Origin: Epiperipatus broadwayi
Taxonomy: Eukaryota; Animalia; Onychophora
Length of the DNA: 64,000 bases
Assembly (NCBI GenBank): GCA_028023455.1
Contig: JAQFVV010000003.1
Location: 19,344,001-19,408,000 of the forward strand
Direction: 5' to 3'
Notes under the pieces: generated by a model
Databases searched by the model: none
Told to the model about the DNA's origin: nothing
What the model saw: only the letters and a program-made list of their open reading frames with translations
Part shown: positions 1-12,522 of the stretch, in pieces
Layout: each line of letters begins with the position of its first letter
Position numbering within the stretch: the stretch's first letter is position 1
Made by a program: the position numbers and the translations under genes

Positions 1-360
1 GAGACAGATATGCTATCTTTTCACTATGACAACTGTGAATATATATATTTAGTAAAAATAATGATTTAACGATTGCTTCAGTTTTCTTGGATCATGAAAG
101 GATAAGTAAATATAAATTTAAGTTTGATCTTGAAAGTGTTGAGATTCTTCATGAAAAAATAAAACATAATAAAAGAAAAATTAAGAAGGTAATTTTAATA
201 AAAAAAAATAAAATGAATATAATTAATAGATAAGCTGCTAATGATAAAATTCGGGTTTCATGGGATTTGAGTTGATTATGTTTGCTTCTGTTATGTTTTT
301 TGAATTTAACGGCAGCTGAAGATGGTTAATGAATTAATCAAAAGTACTTCTGCAGATTAA
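1..360 (+). mobile_element. Penelope-like element 3' remnant (GIY-YIG endonuclease C-terminus plus tail)
   Basis: Frame 66-233 reads LTIASVFLDHERISKYKFKFDLESVEILHEKIKHNKRKIKKVILIKKNKMNIINR*. This resembles the H..F.F..V.IL.E...KR...E.I.I...N tail of Penelope GIY-YIG domains. A hammerhead-like fold follows at 312-353, as is typical of PLE pseudo-LTRs. Confidence 0.6.
312..353 (+). ncRNA. Decayed minimal type-I hammerhead ribozyme
   Basis: GCAG-CTGAAGA-T-GGTTAA-tgaa-TTAATC-AAAA-GTACT-T-CTGC. Stem I GCAG/CTGC, core CUGANGA, 6-bp stem II and palindromic stem III AGTACT are present. G12 of GAAA is replaced by A in a former CpG context, and H17 is U. Confidence 0.55.
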
Positions 361-497
361 AAGATTGTATATAATAGTTAATTACTGTTATATTTATTAT
401 TTTTATTGTTATTACAATAGTTTTTAATTAACAGACATTTTATTTGTATTATATATATAAACATTAAAGGCTTAAAGCTAAACTAGTCAATAAAATA

Positions 498-686
498 ATC
501 AAAATTATCCCAAATTCACAATTCAACTAGACTAGCCAAAAAATATAAACTCTAAAGCACAACCAATCAGTGAAACCATTGATGTGCTTTAGAGTTTATA
601 TTTTTACAGTGAAACCATTGGTTGTGCTTTAGAGTTTATATTTTTTGGCTAGTCTAGTTGAGTTGGGAATTTGGGATAATTTTGAT
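498..686. repeat. Inverted repeat with internal 39-bp tandem duplication
   Basis: 498-567 is the near reverse complement of 617-686. CAGTGAAACCATTG.TGTGCTTTAGAGTTTATATTTTT occurs at both 568 and 607. Confidence 0.9.
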
Positions 687-691
687 ATACA

Positions 692-3150
692 CACTAATCT
701 GACTAAGGATAAATTCCTAATATCCACTCTGTATATTCTTGGCATTACAGCTGTTATTATGGGATAATTTGAATAGTAAATGAACTTGGATAAGCTGCTT
801 ACCAAATACCAGCCCTTTTGATAAATGTATTGGTTTTTACTTCTGAGCTTCAGTTTAAAAACACCATGTCTTCATTTTTGGCTGTCTGGCAATTCTTAAC
901 CTAGATATATGTTGGGTTTTTTCGAAAGCATGAATATTGTGTGAGAGAATATTCATTATCTTTTCTATTTACAATCATAACAGACAAAAATAAAATTATG
1001 GCTGGAGGTTACAAAATTATAAACCAAGTTAGCAGTTGGCAAGGGAGAAAGTGCAAAGATTTCGTGGGTTATGATCCTTTATTTAGCTATTTACAATAGT
1101 AAAACATGAATTAAATGAAACAATTGATTTGAAAAAAGGACATATACTTTATTATAAAGGCACAAATATTGGAAACATAAATAGATTAAGATTTATAATA
1201 AATAAAAAAATGGAAAACAATATTGTTGAGATTGATCATATTCTGGCAAGATTAGTTATTATGGAAGTTACCAAAGATATACAATTCAGATTTAGGCTCC
1301 AAACAAGTTCTTATAGCGATGAAGTAAAGGATTTCCATATAAATGTATAAATACTTTTGACCAATATAAACATTTTAAAATCATTATGGAAGACTTTAAT
1401 ACCTGTGGATAAATTTGGATATCAAGAAAAAAATGAATAAAGATATGGATATATAGATTTTGATGAAAAAGAAAATGTATATATATTTCTTTCTGAAAAA
1501 AATAAAAGCGAAAATGGACCCAAAAGTATCCAAATAAAAGCACAATAAATTTAATTATATTTTGACTAACTGAAAATATGTATTTCAAGACTGTAATGCA
1601 TTTGATATAAACAATACAGGAACTAATCATGGATTAATAAAATAAAAACATATTAATAATGGAAAGCTAGACAAACAAAGGGTATTAAAAAAAAGACCGT
1701 ATTAACAAATGGTATTTCTAAACTTGGAACTTGAAAATAATTTTAAAATATTAAGAGACTTTGATATTGAATTAGATTTGAACTGGATAAATATACTAAC
1801 AAATGTTACTTAGATAAGTGATACAAAAAAGTGGCAATTGTCTAATGTACCAAAATAAAGCAATATATGAAGGAAAAAAGCAATATGAAAACATTAAAAA
1901 AATGATATAATAAAAAAAATATAATGGTAAATTGACAAGAAAACTTATAAAAGAGAACAAAACATTTCAAAAGCATAACATAACATTAAGGCATTGGAAG
2001 AAAAGTTGTCTCAGCAATAAGAAACATAGAATAAAAAATCAAAATAGCTTCTACAGTTATAACAACATATTTTGAAATGTCAAATTTTCTAAATAAAAAA
2101 ATGACATATATAATTAAATCTATGAAAAATAAAAAAAGTTCTAGGAAATAATGGACTTATTACTGAAGTTTTTTAAAAGAATACTTAAGAAAGATGTGAA
2201 TGAAGATATTAGAAATTACAGATCCATCAATTTTTTTTATATCAATTCTCTATAAGATCTTTACTAAGATAATTACAAATTGTCTTTAGAGAACTAAGTA
2301 CTCAATTTCAACCAAAAGAATAAGCTGGATTTAAAAGTAATTATACCATAGTAAATCATATATCAAGCATTACAAAAAAAAATTAGTGTAAATCTCAATG
2401 AGGAATGGTTGTAAATTATAAAAATGCATTTGATTCTAGGAGCATTTCCAGGTGATTAAAGAATAATGTCAAATTCTGAAGAATATTTATTAAAAAGCCA
2501 CAGCAATGATTAGATTACATGAAAACCCTAAAATGAATAACATTGATAAGGAAGTTTGTCAGGATAATTCCATAATTTCAAAACATTTAACAATAGTTTT
2601 AGGAAGAGTATTTTGTGGATTAAAATGATAGGGTTTAAGAAATACAAAATAATTGATGAATACTTAAGTCATTTTGAAGATGATGTGAGTGCTTTACATT
2701 TACAAACAATACAAAATTCATTAGGAAGTTTGAGTACTGGAGGTGACAGACTTGATTTGCAGTCCATGGATCTTGACCTACATCAAACTATACGGGCCAT
2801 CAGATTATTAATATATATATAGAAATACAATGGATGAAATTAATAATAAAATAAAACTTGGCTGGACTGCATTTGATAATAAAAATATTAAAATTTCCAA
2901 TGCATTTAAAGACAAAAATATTTAATAAATATGTTTTATCACATATAAATAAGACTTGAATGCTTAATAGCAGAGTAATCAAACGATTTCAGATCAAAAG
3001 CAAATTACATGGTTGAAATAATAAATACATATCACAGTCATCATTAAAAGATTTAAGAGGTTCAAATAGAATCCAGCTGAACACACATCTAAAAAAGATG
3101 AGTAAATGTACAATTAAAATCTTAAACTGGATTAAACTTGAAAGAGATTT
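692..3150 (+). mobile_element. Decayed, internally deleted RTE-clade LINE (same family as 53257-57210)
   Basis: Colinear nucleotide similarity to the reverse complement of the 53-57 kb element. Matching parts are the 5' UTR (700-1050), endonuclease (TATATTTTGACTAACTGAAAATATGTATTTCAAGA near 1556) and RT (GATATTAGAAATTACAGA near 2204), plus a W.AGH-like remnant near 3065. No intact ORF. Confidence 0.8.
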
Positions 3151-3300
3151 TCATTTTGCAGTCGGTGGATTTTTGAAAATGATGATTATCCACACTAAAT
3201 GTATTATTTGGAGAATAAATCATCAAAACACAATTTAAATAAATTAAAAATAAATGAATAAAATTTTAAATAAAAGCAACAATAAATGCAAAAATAGTAC

Positions 3301-3437
3301 CTTATCTGTCACAAATGTAGGTGTAGCAGCAAGAGGACTTCGCAAATCTTTGCGTATATAAATTTTATTAGTGGAGGTTGCACAGTTACCCGGCAGTTTA
3401 TCTTTGACTTCGATAGGCTTTCTTTCAGATTGCACAG
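3301..3437 (-). CDS. Hr78: NR2C/TR2-TR4/Hr78-family nuclear receptor, coding exon 3 (T-box and hinge)
   Basis: tag|CT GTG CAA ... GAT AAG|gtact, 137 bp, phase 1 in and phase 0 out. Encodes (S)VQSERKPIEVKDKLPGNCATSTNKIYIRKDLRSPLAATPTFVTDK. Confidence 0.93.
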
Positions 3438-3533
3438 CTAGTTAATAAAGAATAAGTTATCCATATATATTTAAAAAAAATCTGATAAACTGCAAGTATT
3501 TATACTTCAATTTATATTGTTATCCAAACTTAC

Positions 3534-3713
3534 AATCAGAGCGCATGCCCATACTAAGGCACTTCTGGAGCCGACAATACTGACACCGGTTTCGATGATG
3601 CTTAGTCACTTCACAATCTTTATTACCACGGCAGGCATAACCTAACTGTTTACGTATACTTCGTTTAAAGAAACCTTTACATCCTTCACAACTAATAGCG
3701 CCATAATGACGAC
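3534..3713 (-). CDS. Hr78: NR2C/TR2-TR4/Hr78-family nuclear receptor, coding exon 2 (DNA-binding domain)
   Basis: aaatag|GT CGT CAT ... TCT GAT T|gtaagt, 180 bp, phase 1/1. Encodes (G)[59 protein letters not shown], with an EGCKG P-box and NR2C/Hr78-type sequence. A 96-bp intron separates it from the next exon. Confidence 0.96.
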
Positions 3714-5049
3714 CTATTTCAATGAGTAATAAAAGTACTCTAAAACCATATAATCTAAGAGAATGACATATCTTTATTCTTTTTATTTTAACATGTATAA
3801 AATTTCTACTTTCACGACTTCCTTGGGGAAATATATCACCCACATACCAAAAGCAACAATAATCTAATCAACAAATTTCATATTTTTCATTTTAAAAAAA
3901 AGCAAATAATATAATGTATTTAAAAAATAGGTCTGAAAATAATATATTTATCAAACAAACAATGATTGAAAAATAAATATTTTCAATAAATAAGATGAAT
4001 GCAAAAATGCTAATTTAATTTCTTTTAGAATGTTTGTATAGTTAATACTTATTGAATATATTTGTTTTTCATTAATTGTTTCTTCAGTAAATAAATTATT
4101 TTTAGAGTTTTGATTTTTTTAAAAAAATATGAAATTTATCAGTTAGCTTATTCTTATCTTTTTTAGTATGTGGATGATATTTCCATCAATAGATAGAACA
4201 TATATGTATCTAGAACCCATAAATCTTCGTATCCATACTGTTACTGATTCAAATTACAGTTTAATTGCTAAGTCTATAATAATGAAATATGTACTTGATA
4301 GTTTGGTATTCAAGATTTGCATTTTGTTTTTTTTATTTGCTTCACACGAATAATCCAATGACTAACTGCCAAAATAATTTATTTATTTAATAATATCACA
4401 TCTGATAACCTAAAGTTAAATACTGATTGATTTTAAGATCGTAGCATCTCATTAAAAAATACTCTGAAGAAATTTTTAAAAAATTCTCCAGAACCTTTAT
4501 GTAATAATAAAGGAGATTCTACATCTCATTTTCACACAATGCTTCAACAAAATAACAACTCTATATACAACCAATTTAATTAAAGTCATTATATCTCTGA
4601 AATACCATTCTTTTCAAACTTCTTAAATGCAATAGCAGTACAGTCAATTTCATATTGCCCTGAAATTTCCAAGTCTGTCTTTCTATCCACAAAGCTACTC
4701 AGAATATTTAAACCAATTCACATTCTCATGTTGGCAATCATTCAAACCAAAGGTCGCTAAATTTTTCTTGCTAAAAATGTTTATTCCATCACTGGCTGAT
4801 AAAACACTAGAATTTTTTGAAAATTAATTACTAAACAAAATTCTTTATGTAGTCAAAATAAGAGTCATAGATCAATTCATTTTAAGTGCTGGCTCTGGCT
4901 AAGCATTTATCATAAAGCTTGTAGAGGAATTGGCAATCCTCACTGTTTAAAATTCTTTATGGATTGTATTAAGACATTAACAATATTTTGTAGTTAAACA
5001 TCTTAAATTTTAAAAAATAACTTCATTCGCATACTGCACATTAGAAAAA

Positions 5050-5900
5050 TAAAATTGAGAGAGAGATGCTACCACATCTTTTATTTTGCAAAATGAGATC
5101 TAAAATCAGCATAAATACTTATGTTTCATTGACCACACACATAAGGTTGATTAAATGTAAGCAGTTATTTTTCAAAATCACGTGGGATCTAAAAATACTT
5201 TCAACAAAAATGAAGTCTTTACTACAAAGTATGGAAGAGCCCATACTATGATGATACAGTAATAAATGCAAACTGGAAGACAGAACTAAAACAAATGTAT
5301 CAAAAACATGTAAAAAATTAAATAACTTCAGAATATACCTAAACTAAACATTAAGGTGTTTGGGAAGCTAGGGAAATAAAATTTCTAGATCATATAATTT
5401 CAGACAAAAGAGAGAAAAGTGACCCAGAGAAAGTCAAAGAATTAAGAATCCAATAATTCTGGAAAATGTAAAGCAAAACAAACTTTTATTGAATAGTTAA
5501 GTGGGGGAAGTTTTTTTTTAAATTTAGTTTATCTTGCAAAATTAATTGCTCAAAAAGAGACAAAAACTGAAGTGAAGTATGACAAAAAAAAGAAAACTTC
5601 AAGAGAACAAAATGATTATTGAGATCACAAAATCTTCTGATTGACTGCAGTAGTGATTTGAATATATTGACTACCAATACCTAGGCACAAAATACAACTC
5701 CATTGGTTGCTACTGGAAAATTTCCAACAGAGTTGGTATTACACAGAAATTTAAAAACATATCTGTCTCTACCTAACTAACATCAAACAAAATACAGTTT
5801 GAAAATAATAAAAAAAGATATTAGAGAAAATTTCAAAATAAATGATAATATATGATGATATACATAAGAAGATAGGTCAAAGATTATATTAAAACTATTC
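5050..5900 (+). mobile_element. Decayed Gypsy-type LTR retrotransposon RT fragment
   Basis: Interrupted frames read YFQQKMKSLLQSMEE, PYYDDTVI and REIKFLDHIISDKREKSDPEKVKELR, matching Gypsy RT motifs FQ..M, Y.DD and E.KFLGH.IS..G..PDPEKV. Confidence 0.65.
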
Positions 5901-6412
5901 TAATAAAATAAAAGTTTACAATTTAAACCCAAATCAGACCATAAAGATTACAAAATATTATCAGAAAAAAAAAAAAAGCAAAAGATATCAAAAAATATTT
6001 GCTAGCTAGAAAATCAGACTATTGGAAATATTAGTGAAGAATCGGCAATACAAAATAAAGAATCAATAGAAACTGAAGATGTCAATCAACTAGTACAAGC
6101 AGTAAAATAAAATCGAAGAATTTGTGAAAACTGAAAAAGTACAGACAAAAAAAAAACAAAAACAGAGTAAAATATCATCACTTAAGATTTCTTTGAATGC
6201 ATAAAGATATCCCACACTAGTGGAACAACTTAAATTTTCAATTAGATAGAAATCTCTAAGCTTCTGGAGTAGAGAAAAATAGTATGCTATGATCTAAAAT
6301 AGCACATATATATATAAAGGTTAATACTTAGGTGTTATTATTATAACCTTTTCAAATCAAATGCATTTTTAGTATATTGTATCATAATCAATACACACAC
6401 TTAATATTATTT

Positions 6413-6461
6413 AATATTTAATAATAAGTGTTAGTTAAACTAACACCTATTATTAAATATT
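6413..6461. repeat. 49-bp near-perfect palindrome
   Basis: AATATTTAATAATAAGTGTTAGT-TAA-ACTAACACCTATTATTAAATATT. Confidence 0.85.
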
Positions 6462-9173
6462 GATTTAACAATATTATAAAAAATATGGTCTTATGGATCA
6501 AACATTATTTATAACTTCATATCTGGTGGTATTTCCCTTCATCATGGGTATATTGTCAGAGATCCATCCATAAACTATCAGAATACCCCTAGATGAGATA
6601 ATATTCCTTCTCTGATCTAAACACTAAGATAGATAACTCTTGGCATAAATTCAAACTTAGCTTACAATATAATAACTAATTAAGTCCTTCATAATATCAA
6701 ACAAATTTTATAAGTCATCTAGGACTTAGAAAATATAACCACTAATAAAAGTATATGTGATAAATATAAGTAAAAAACAAAACATCAAAATAAAAATAAC
6801 TCCTTGGATGGCTGATGATTAGAATATAATAATGGCTTCTCCTGTATCAAATCATACATGTCCACCTTGAATGAAGTATGAGGTTTAAATAAACAATTGA
6901 ATGCATTTATTGTTTGAGAATTCTTAAAAAGCTTGAATGCAGGAAGTGCCAGAAGTAGTAACAATCAGAGGATATTATATTCCAGAGTATAACATTTTGT
7001 CATTGCACTAAATCACACAGGGCAATGAATGCAATTTGACATCTCCATTCTTGATAATGAACTATAAATTCCCTTCTTTAATAAATGAAATTAAATAGTT
7101 TTAATAGAACAAGTACATAAATTAAGTATATAAGAATATAAGTTAAAGCAGAATGATGCTATTAAAATCCATTTGCAAAATGTAAATAATAATAATAATG
7201 TTACTTCTGCTCAGGCATCAGCAATTAAAATTACATAAGTAATAATGATCTTTAAACTTCCCAAATAACAAACTATTTTTAATTCACTCAATCAGTAAAC
7301 AATATCTGCTATTGTCATATAATGAAATATAATTTAGATGTGCAACTAAATACTGCTTTCATACTTGGATCATGAAGTCAAAATGCACTTTTACGAGTTA
7401 AGCACATGTTAATGAGACACCAAGTTAAAATCTCAATTCAAATGCAAATTTTTTTTAGTAGATAATTAATGTCAATTATTAAAAATTATACAATAACAAT
7501 AAATGTATACAAATGAAGAAAATAATTTCATAGTTGCAGTTTCCAGAAAATGAACTTACATAATAATGTTATCATACTTTAAGTAACAAATTAGTGTCGA
7601 TAATAATCATAATCAGGAGAAAATAATTTTATTCCTTCCTTGATACAAATAAACAAATGCACATAAGTTATTAATTAAAAATGATATTAAATTTATTTAA
7701 TGTTAAAGTCTCATATATATACACATTCATGAATTCTAATACCTAAACCTTGCATGTATAATTTTTACCCTTTATAAGAAAAATATAAAAACAAAATATC
7801 ATTAAAAATATTCTTCTCATTCATTTTATTATTTTTATGATGACAAAATATTATTTTATATGATGACACATAAAAATGCTATTTTTTTTCTTCATATTTG
7901 AATGTAATACTACTAGGATCCTTCTTTAATTAACCACTGTCTTGTGCCCATTGAATTATGAATATTTTTAATGTAGATAACTATAATTTTAAGGGATTAC
8001 TTTCATATCTTTATTCCTGTAATTAAGGCTAAAAATTATTTGAATATTCAATTAAGAAGCTCATTTATAGTTTTACTACTATTTGGATTTAGAGTGCATT
8101 CCACTGTAAACTTTAGTTTATATTATTCCTTTTAGATTACATGCAGTTAGTTTGGCATTTTATTTTATGCATAAGACATCAGTGTGTTCTTTTTTAAAAT
8201 AGTCCAGAAGTAAATTAAATGAATTTTGTTGATATTCTTCTTTCCTTAAAAGATTACAATAGAGTTCACTATTTTATTATGCAACTACATACAGAATATA
8301 TAGTTTTTTCTTTAGCAAATTTATTTTCTAACAGTACTAATTCCAGATGTACATTTTCATTCGAGTTAAAATTCCTTAATTATGATCAAATTCAACAAGT
8401 TAAAAAAAAAATATTTTAAAGTAAATTACCACTTCAAAAATTGTTTTTTTTTTCAAGATAATTTCTTTTTTGGATATCTTTTTTTTTCTGATTGAAAAAA
8501 AAAATGTTCTAAAACAATTTTAATATATTAACCAATCATAATTCTTTATTTTTCAGTTAACTGGATATGCAACAATTCTAATTCAATTTTTCTATTATAA
8601 TTTAAAGGAGAGGAAAAAATGTTGAGTAAAAATAATAAAACATTCTTTATGTAATAATCTATTTATGTATATAATTTATTAAAAATGTTAGAAATGATAA
8701 AATTAATATTATTATTTCATTTTCGAGTTTACTTTTTAAAAAAAATAATTATAAAATAATTAGAGAATAATCTTCTATCTCCTAAACACAGAAATCATGC
8801 AAAAGGCATTTATACTGTTAAATAATTAAAAGTTTAAAAATATGTGCTATAAGTTTTAAAAAAGAAAAATTATTATTAACTTTTTGGTTAATCAGCTATT
8901 AAGTGTTAGTATAATTATAGATTTAATATACATGTATGCATAATTTTATCACTCCTTGAATACATTCTTTTAAATAAAAATATAATGTTAGCAGGGATAT
9001 GCCTGTTAAAATATATAAATCATATAACAGAAATTCTACTTAATTATGCAAATCTATAAATACATTGCTATATACTAAACTAGCAAGTTGGAGATAATAT
9101 TAAAACTTGACTTCACACATGGAGAAAACATTAATATCATTAATCACAACCTTAAAGCATTTTATGGTTGGGA

Positions 9174-9221
9174 ACTTTTGTCAAAGGCAACCATTATATA
9201 ATGGTTGCTTTTGACAAGAGT
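9174..9221. repeat. 48-bp near-perfect loopless palindrome
   Basis: ACTTTTGTCAAAGGCAACCATTAT|ATAATGGTTGCTTTTGACAAGAGT. Confidence 0.9.
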
Positions 9222-9939
9222 ATTTAATTTTATCAATGTTTTCTCTATATTAATATTGACTTATAATTTATATTTCAGTGGTGGATTACTATAAGTTTTT
9301 AAAATAAAAAGTATATATATCATAAAAAATAAATTCTAATTATAAAAACAAATTAGTTAATTATAAGTTATATAGAAATTATTTTGTAATATATTGAAGA
9401 AAAAAAAGAAATTAGGATATACTGGTACAAAATATACAGAATTCTTTAGTTAATTAGTTGAAATTTGGAAAAAAAATCAGATTAAATACCAATAGGAATT
9501 TGAAAAGCATATATATATATATATTAATCTAATAAAAAAAATACTCCAGAGAATTGGAAATTAATAGGTAGGTTATATGAAAAGAATTTAAGCTTTTAAG
9601 AAAGAGAAAATGAAAGTGCATAAAAGTTAACAACTCATGGTTTCTAAAGAAATTTCCATCTGAGCCGTCCTTGCCACAATCCAAGTACACTGAGGTTCGA
9701 AGGTATTAAATTTAGTATATGCCAATCTGATCTTATTTATTATTTTACGAGGCTTTTAGCCTAGGAGAAGTGTTATATTTTTTACTATTAATGTTTATAT
9801 ATATGTTTGAAAATGAAATATCTGTCTAGCTATATGTGATCACATATTAAATAATTGTTAAAATTTCAGTTGTTTTTGTTTCCATATTTTTAATGATATT
9901 TACAACTTAATTTGAAAATACTCACAATTATGACAGAAT

Positions 9940-10700
9940 GGTATTCAGTGAGTTGGACATAGAATATCTTTAGGGCTTCTTGGTGTTGTAAAACCACACC
10001 AAATCTCTGGAAATTAGTCAACTTTGACTATGAAGCAATCTATATGAATTTTTGAAAGTTTAGTTGTAGTGAACAACAATGATATTCCAAGATAATCTGT
10101 GTAATCTATTACCTGTTCTCTTTCTTAAAAATAGATGGCACATTTTCATGAGTTCATATACTCTTGGAAGAGTCCAATAATTTTACAACATGCATATCAC
10201 CTCCATACTTTAAAACTTCTTTAGGGATACCATCAGGTTATATGTAGATTTCCCATTTTAAAAATTAAAAAAAAACATTCTTAATATAGTCAAGTTGAAT
10301 ATATCTGTTCCAATCAAAATGAATCAGTAGGATGGATAAGTCATTAAAAGGAATCACTTGAATTATGCTACTATTATTCAAAAGCTGATTGGAATTCTCC
10401 CTCTTTGCTTTCAATATATCAATAACTTATAAAAGAATAAAAGTATACTGATTCAATAAGAAAACATATTTTTCAAGTTCATAGATTATTTCCATTGCTT
10501 CTAAAAAATATCTAAAAAGACTGCAATCAATAAATAATTGTATCTTGCTTCATTCCACCAATTATTTTTAAGTTTTCTTATCACTCATTGAATTTTAAAT
10601 CCCCATATTCCTTATGAAGTTCCACATTCATATTATCATTCGCATAAACAGAGAATGCTACACGATGTCTCAAATAGTATATATACATCTTTTTAAATAA
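9940..10700 (-). mobile_element. Decayed RTE (BovB-like) LINE RT fragment
   Basis: Minus-strand remnants PDGIPKEVLKYGGD, IFKKENR...LGISLL and EIWCGFTTPRSPKD match RTE motifs GPDGIP.E.LK.GG, IFKKGDR..C.NYRGISLL and E.Q.GFR..RST.D. Confidence 0.7.
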
Positions 10701-11317
10701 TACAGGTGATACCAAAACATTTTCTCTATCTTAAATGTCTTTGAATATTATCATTCAAAAAAGACACACTTTAATATAGCAGAGCATTAAGTTTTTATAT
10801 TTTTTCTGCAAAAAAGTCAGACTAAGAAAAAGTTGTGGACAGACTTCTATAATATTATTGTCTTTTTAATTTTGTTTATAAATATTTGATTAATTAAATT
10901 AATAAATAATTTGGACATATGAATAATTAATAAATTATACAACTGTGCTAATAAAATATTATGGCAAAGTAACTATTGCTAAACCTATAAAATAATTGGA
11001 TTTGTCAGTAAATGCATTAGTGAATTAAAAAAACCAGTCTAATTTATTTAATGGCAGAAATCCAGTCACTATAGTTCCATTACTGTGGGGTATTACTATA
11101 TAATCAATGGTTAAAAAAAAAAAAGTTAAGTTGTACAGAACAAGAACAAAATGCTTTTAATAAAAGATAATTTTTCATAAACAGTGTAGATAATGATGCT
11201 AAATCTAAGGCTTCATCAGTGAAATATCATACTTTTCCCTGTACTATAAAAATACCATAAAAACTAATATATAAAAATAGGTAAAATCAATTACTATTTC
11301 ATGCAATTATAATTTAA

Positions 11318-11812
11318 ACCACTAAACATCACATGATCACTATTTCTTATGCTTGCTCATAACTATTATTAAAACAGGCAAAACTCTCCATACAGTAGTG
11401 TTACTCAGTGCAAGCCAGAGTAATCGATGGATACCAGAAGACTTGTGCATAAAATCCCTATCTAGGGCCTACTCATCCAATATCTCCAGACTAGTTTCTG
11501 GCTTGTGGCCTTCGTCAGTGAGGAGCCTTGGATCTGAGAGCACTACACCTAGATCTTAGGATCTAATGCAACCCTCCAGAAGCCATCTTTTATTTCTACT
11601 TAATTACAAAACTATGAGAATAGATCTAGGTGTAGTGCTATCAGATCCAAGGCTCCTCATTGATGAAAGCCAAAAGCCAGATACTAGTCTGGGGATATTG
11701 GATGAGTAGGCACTAGATAAGGATTTTATGCACAAGCCTTCTGGCGTCTTTTGATTACTCTGGCTTGCACTGAGTGGCACTACTGTATGGAGAGTTTTGC
11801 TTCTTTTAATAA
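11318..11812 (+). mobile_element. Non-autonomous hairpin element (leader + 191-bp inverted arms + 65-bp spacer) with 14-bp flanking direct repeat
   Basis: Arms 11366-11556 and 11622-11812 show about 20 mismatches in 191 nt. Leader 11318-11365. Flanks CAATTATAATTTAA (11304-11317) and CAATTCTAATTTAA (11813-11826). Four more family copies occur in the window. Confidence 0.85.
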
Positions 11813-12469
11813 CAATTCTAATTTAAATATTAAAACTCACCATAATGATGGATGGTGAAGGGTAATGTTGATTCTAGGATCACAATGAGATTGCTATTAT
11901 TAGGATGAAATATTGTATAGCAATGAAATGGATTTCACTATGCATTGCTATAAGTGACTGTTTGTTCACTTACATACTTGTGTAATAATTTAATCAATTT
12001 TATTATAAATATTTAAGTGTTGACATATATTTTAGATATATTACTTACATACATTTAAGAACGTGTTTTATAATTATATATATATATAGTAGTGTGCGTG
12101 AGTGTAGTTGCAGTTATTTCAATATTGATGTATTATTTATTGGAAAATTTAGCATTCAACAGCAAAAAAGAAGACATATATAAAAAAAATTTTTTTTTGT
12201 TAAATTGACAGCATATTTATCAACATGTTGAAACAGAAACTGAGTAAAGAAATGTTTATGGTTGAGAATTAATATGGTATAAGAGGGTATTTATTGTAAT
12301 TATGGCAATTCATTAAAAAAAATAGCCAAGTAGAAAATTAAAATGTAAGAAGAAATTTGATTAGACTTGTAAAAGAAATCAATCTTTAGGAGTTACCTTC
12401 ATATAGAATTTGAAATCAAATAAGTTATTAGAGTGAGTAAAAAGTATTAAAAAATCCACTGCAGATGGT

Positions 12470-12522
12470 GTGGATAGATGTAGGGAGCTTGAAAGTCTAA
12501 GTTCAAATCCCTTCTAATTACA
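12470..12522 (+). repeat. tRNA-derived SINE-like fragment
   Basis: B-box-like GTTCAAATCC. Similar to 20880-20922 (GATAG.TG.AGGG.GCTTGAAA....GTTCAAATCC). Confidence 0.35.

Noticed and set aside
1292-1630. 112-aa minus-strand ORF (and similarly 56099-56659 plus, 55655-55963 plus, 46795-47085 plus)
   Set aside because: Antisense shadows of LINE coding sequence with hydrophobic, low-information translations.
3520-3843. ORF-track protein starting MGDIFPQG as an N-terminus
   Set aside because: Only 3713-3534 is exonic. The upstream part is intron read-through before the AG acceptor.
4480-4960. Possible L1-like remnant on the minus strand, and similar faint APE endonuclease traces near 6900-7050, 23250-23300, 30700-30760, 33000-33500 and 60600-61100
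   Set aside because: Each rests on one short degenerate motif, too weak to annotate without alignment.
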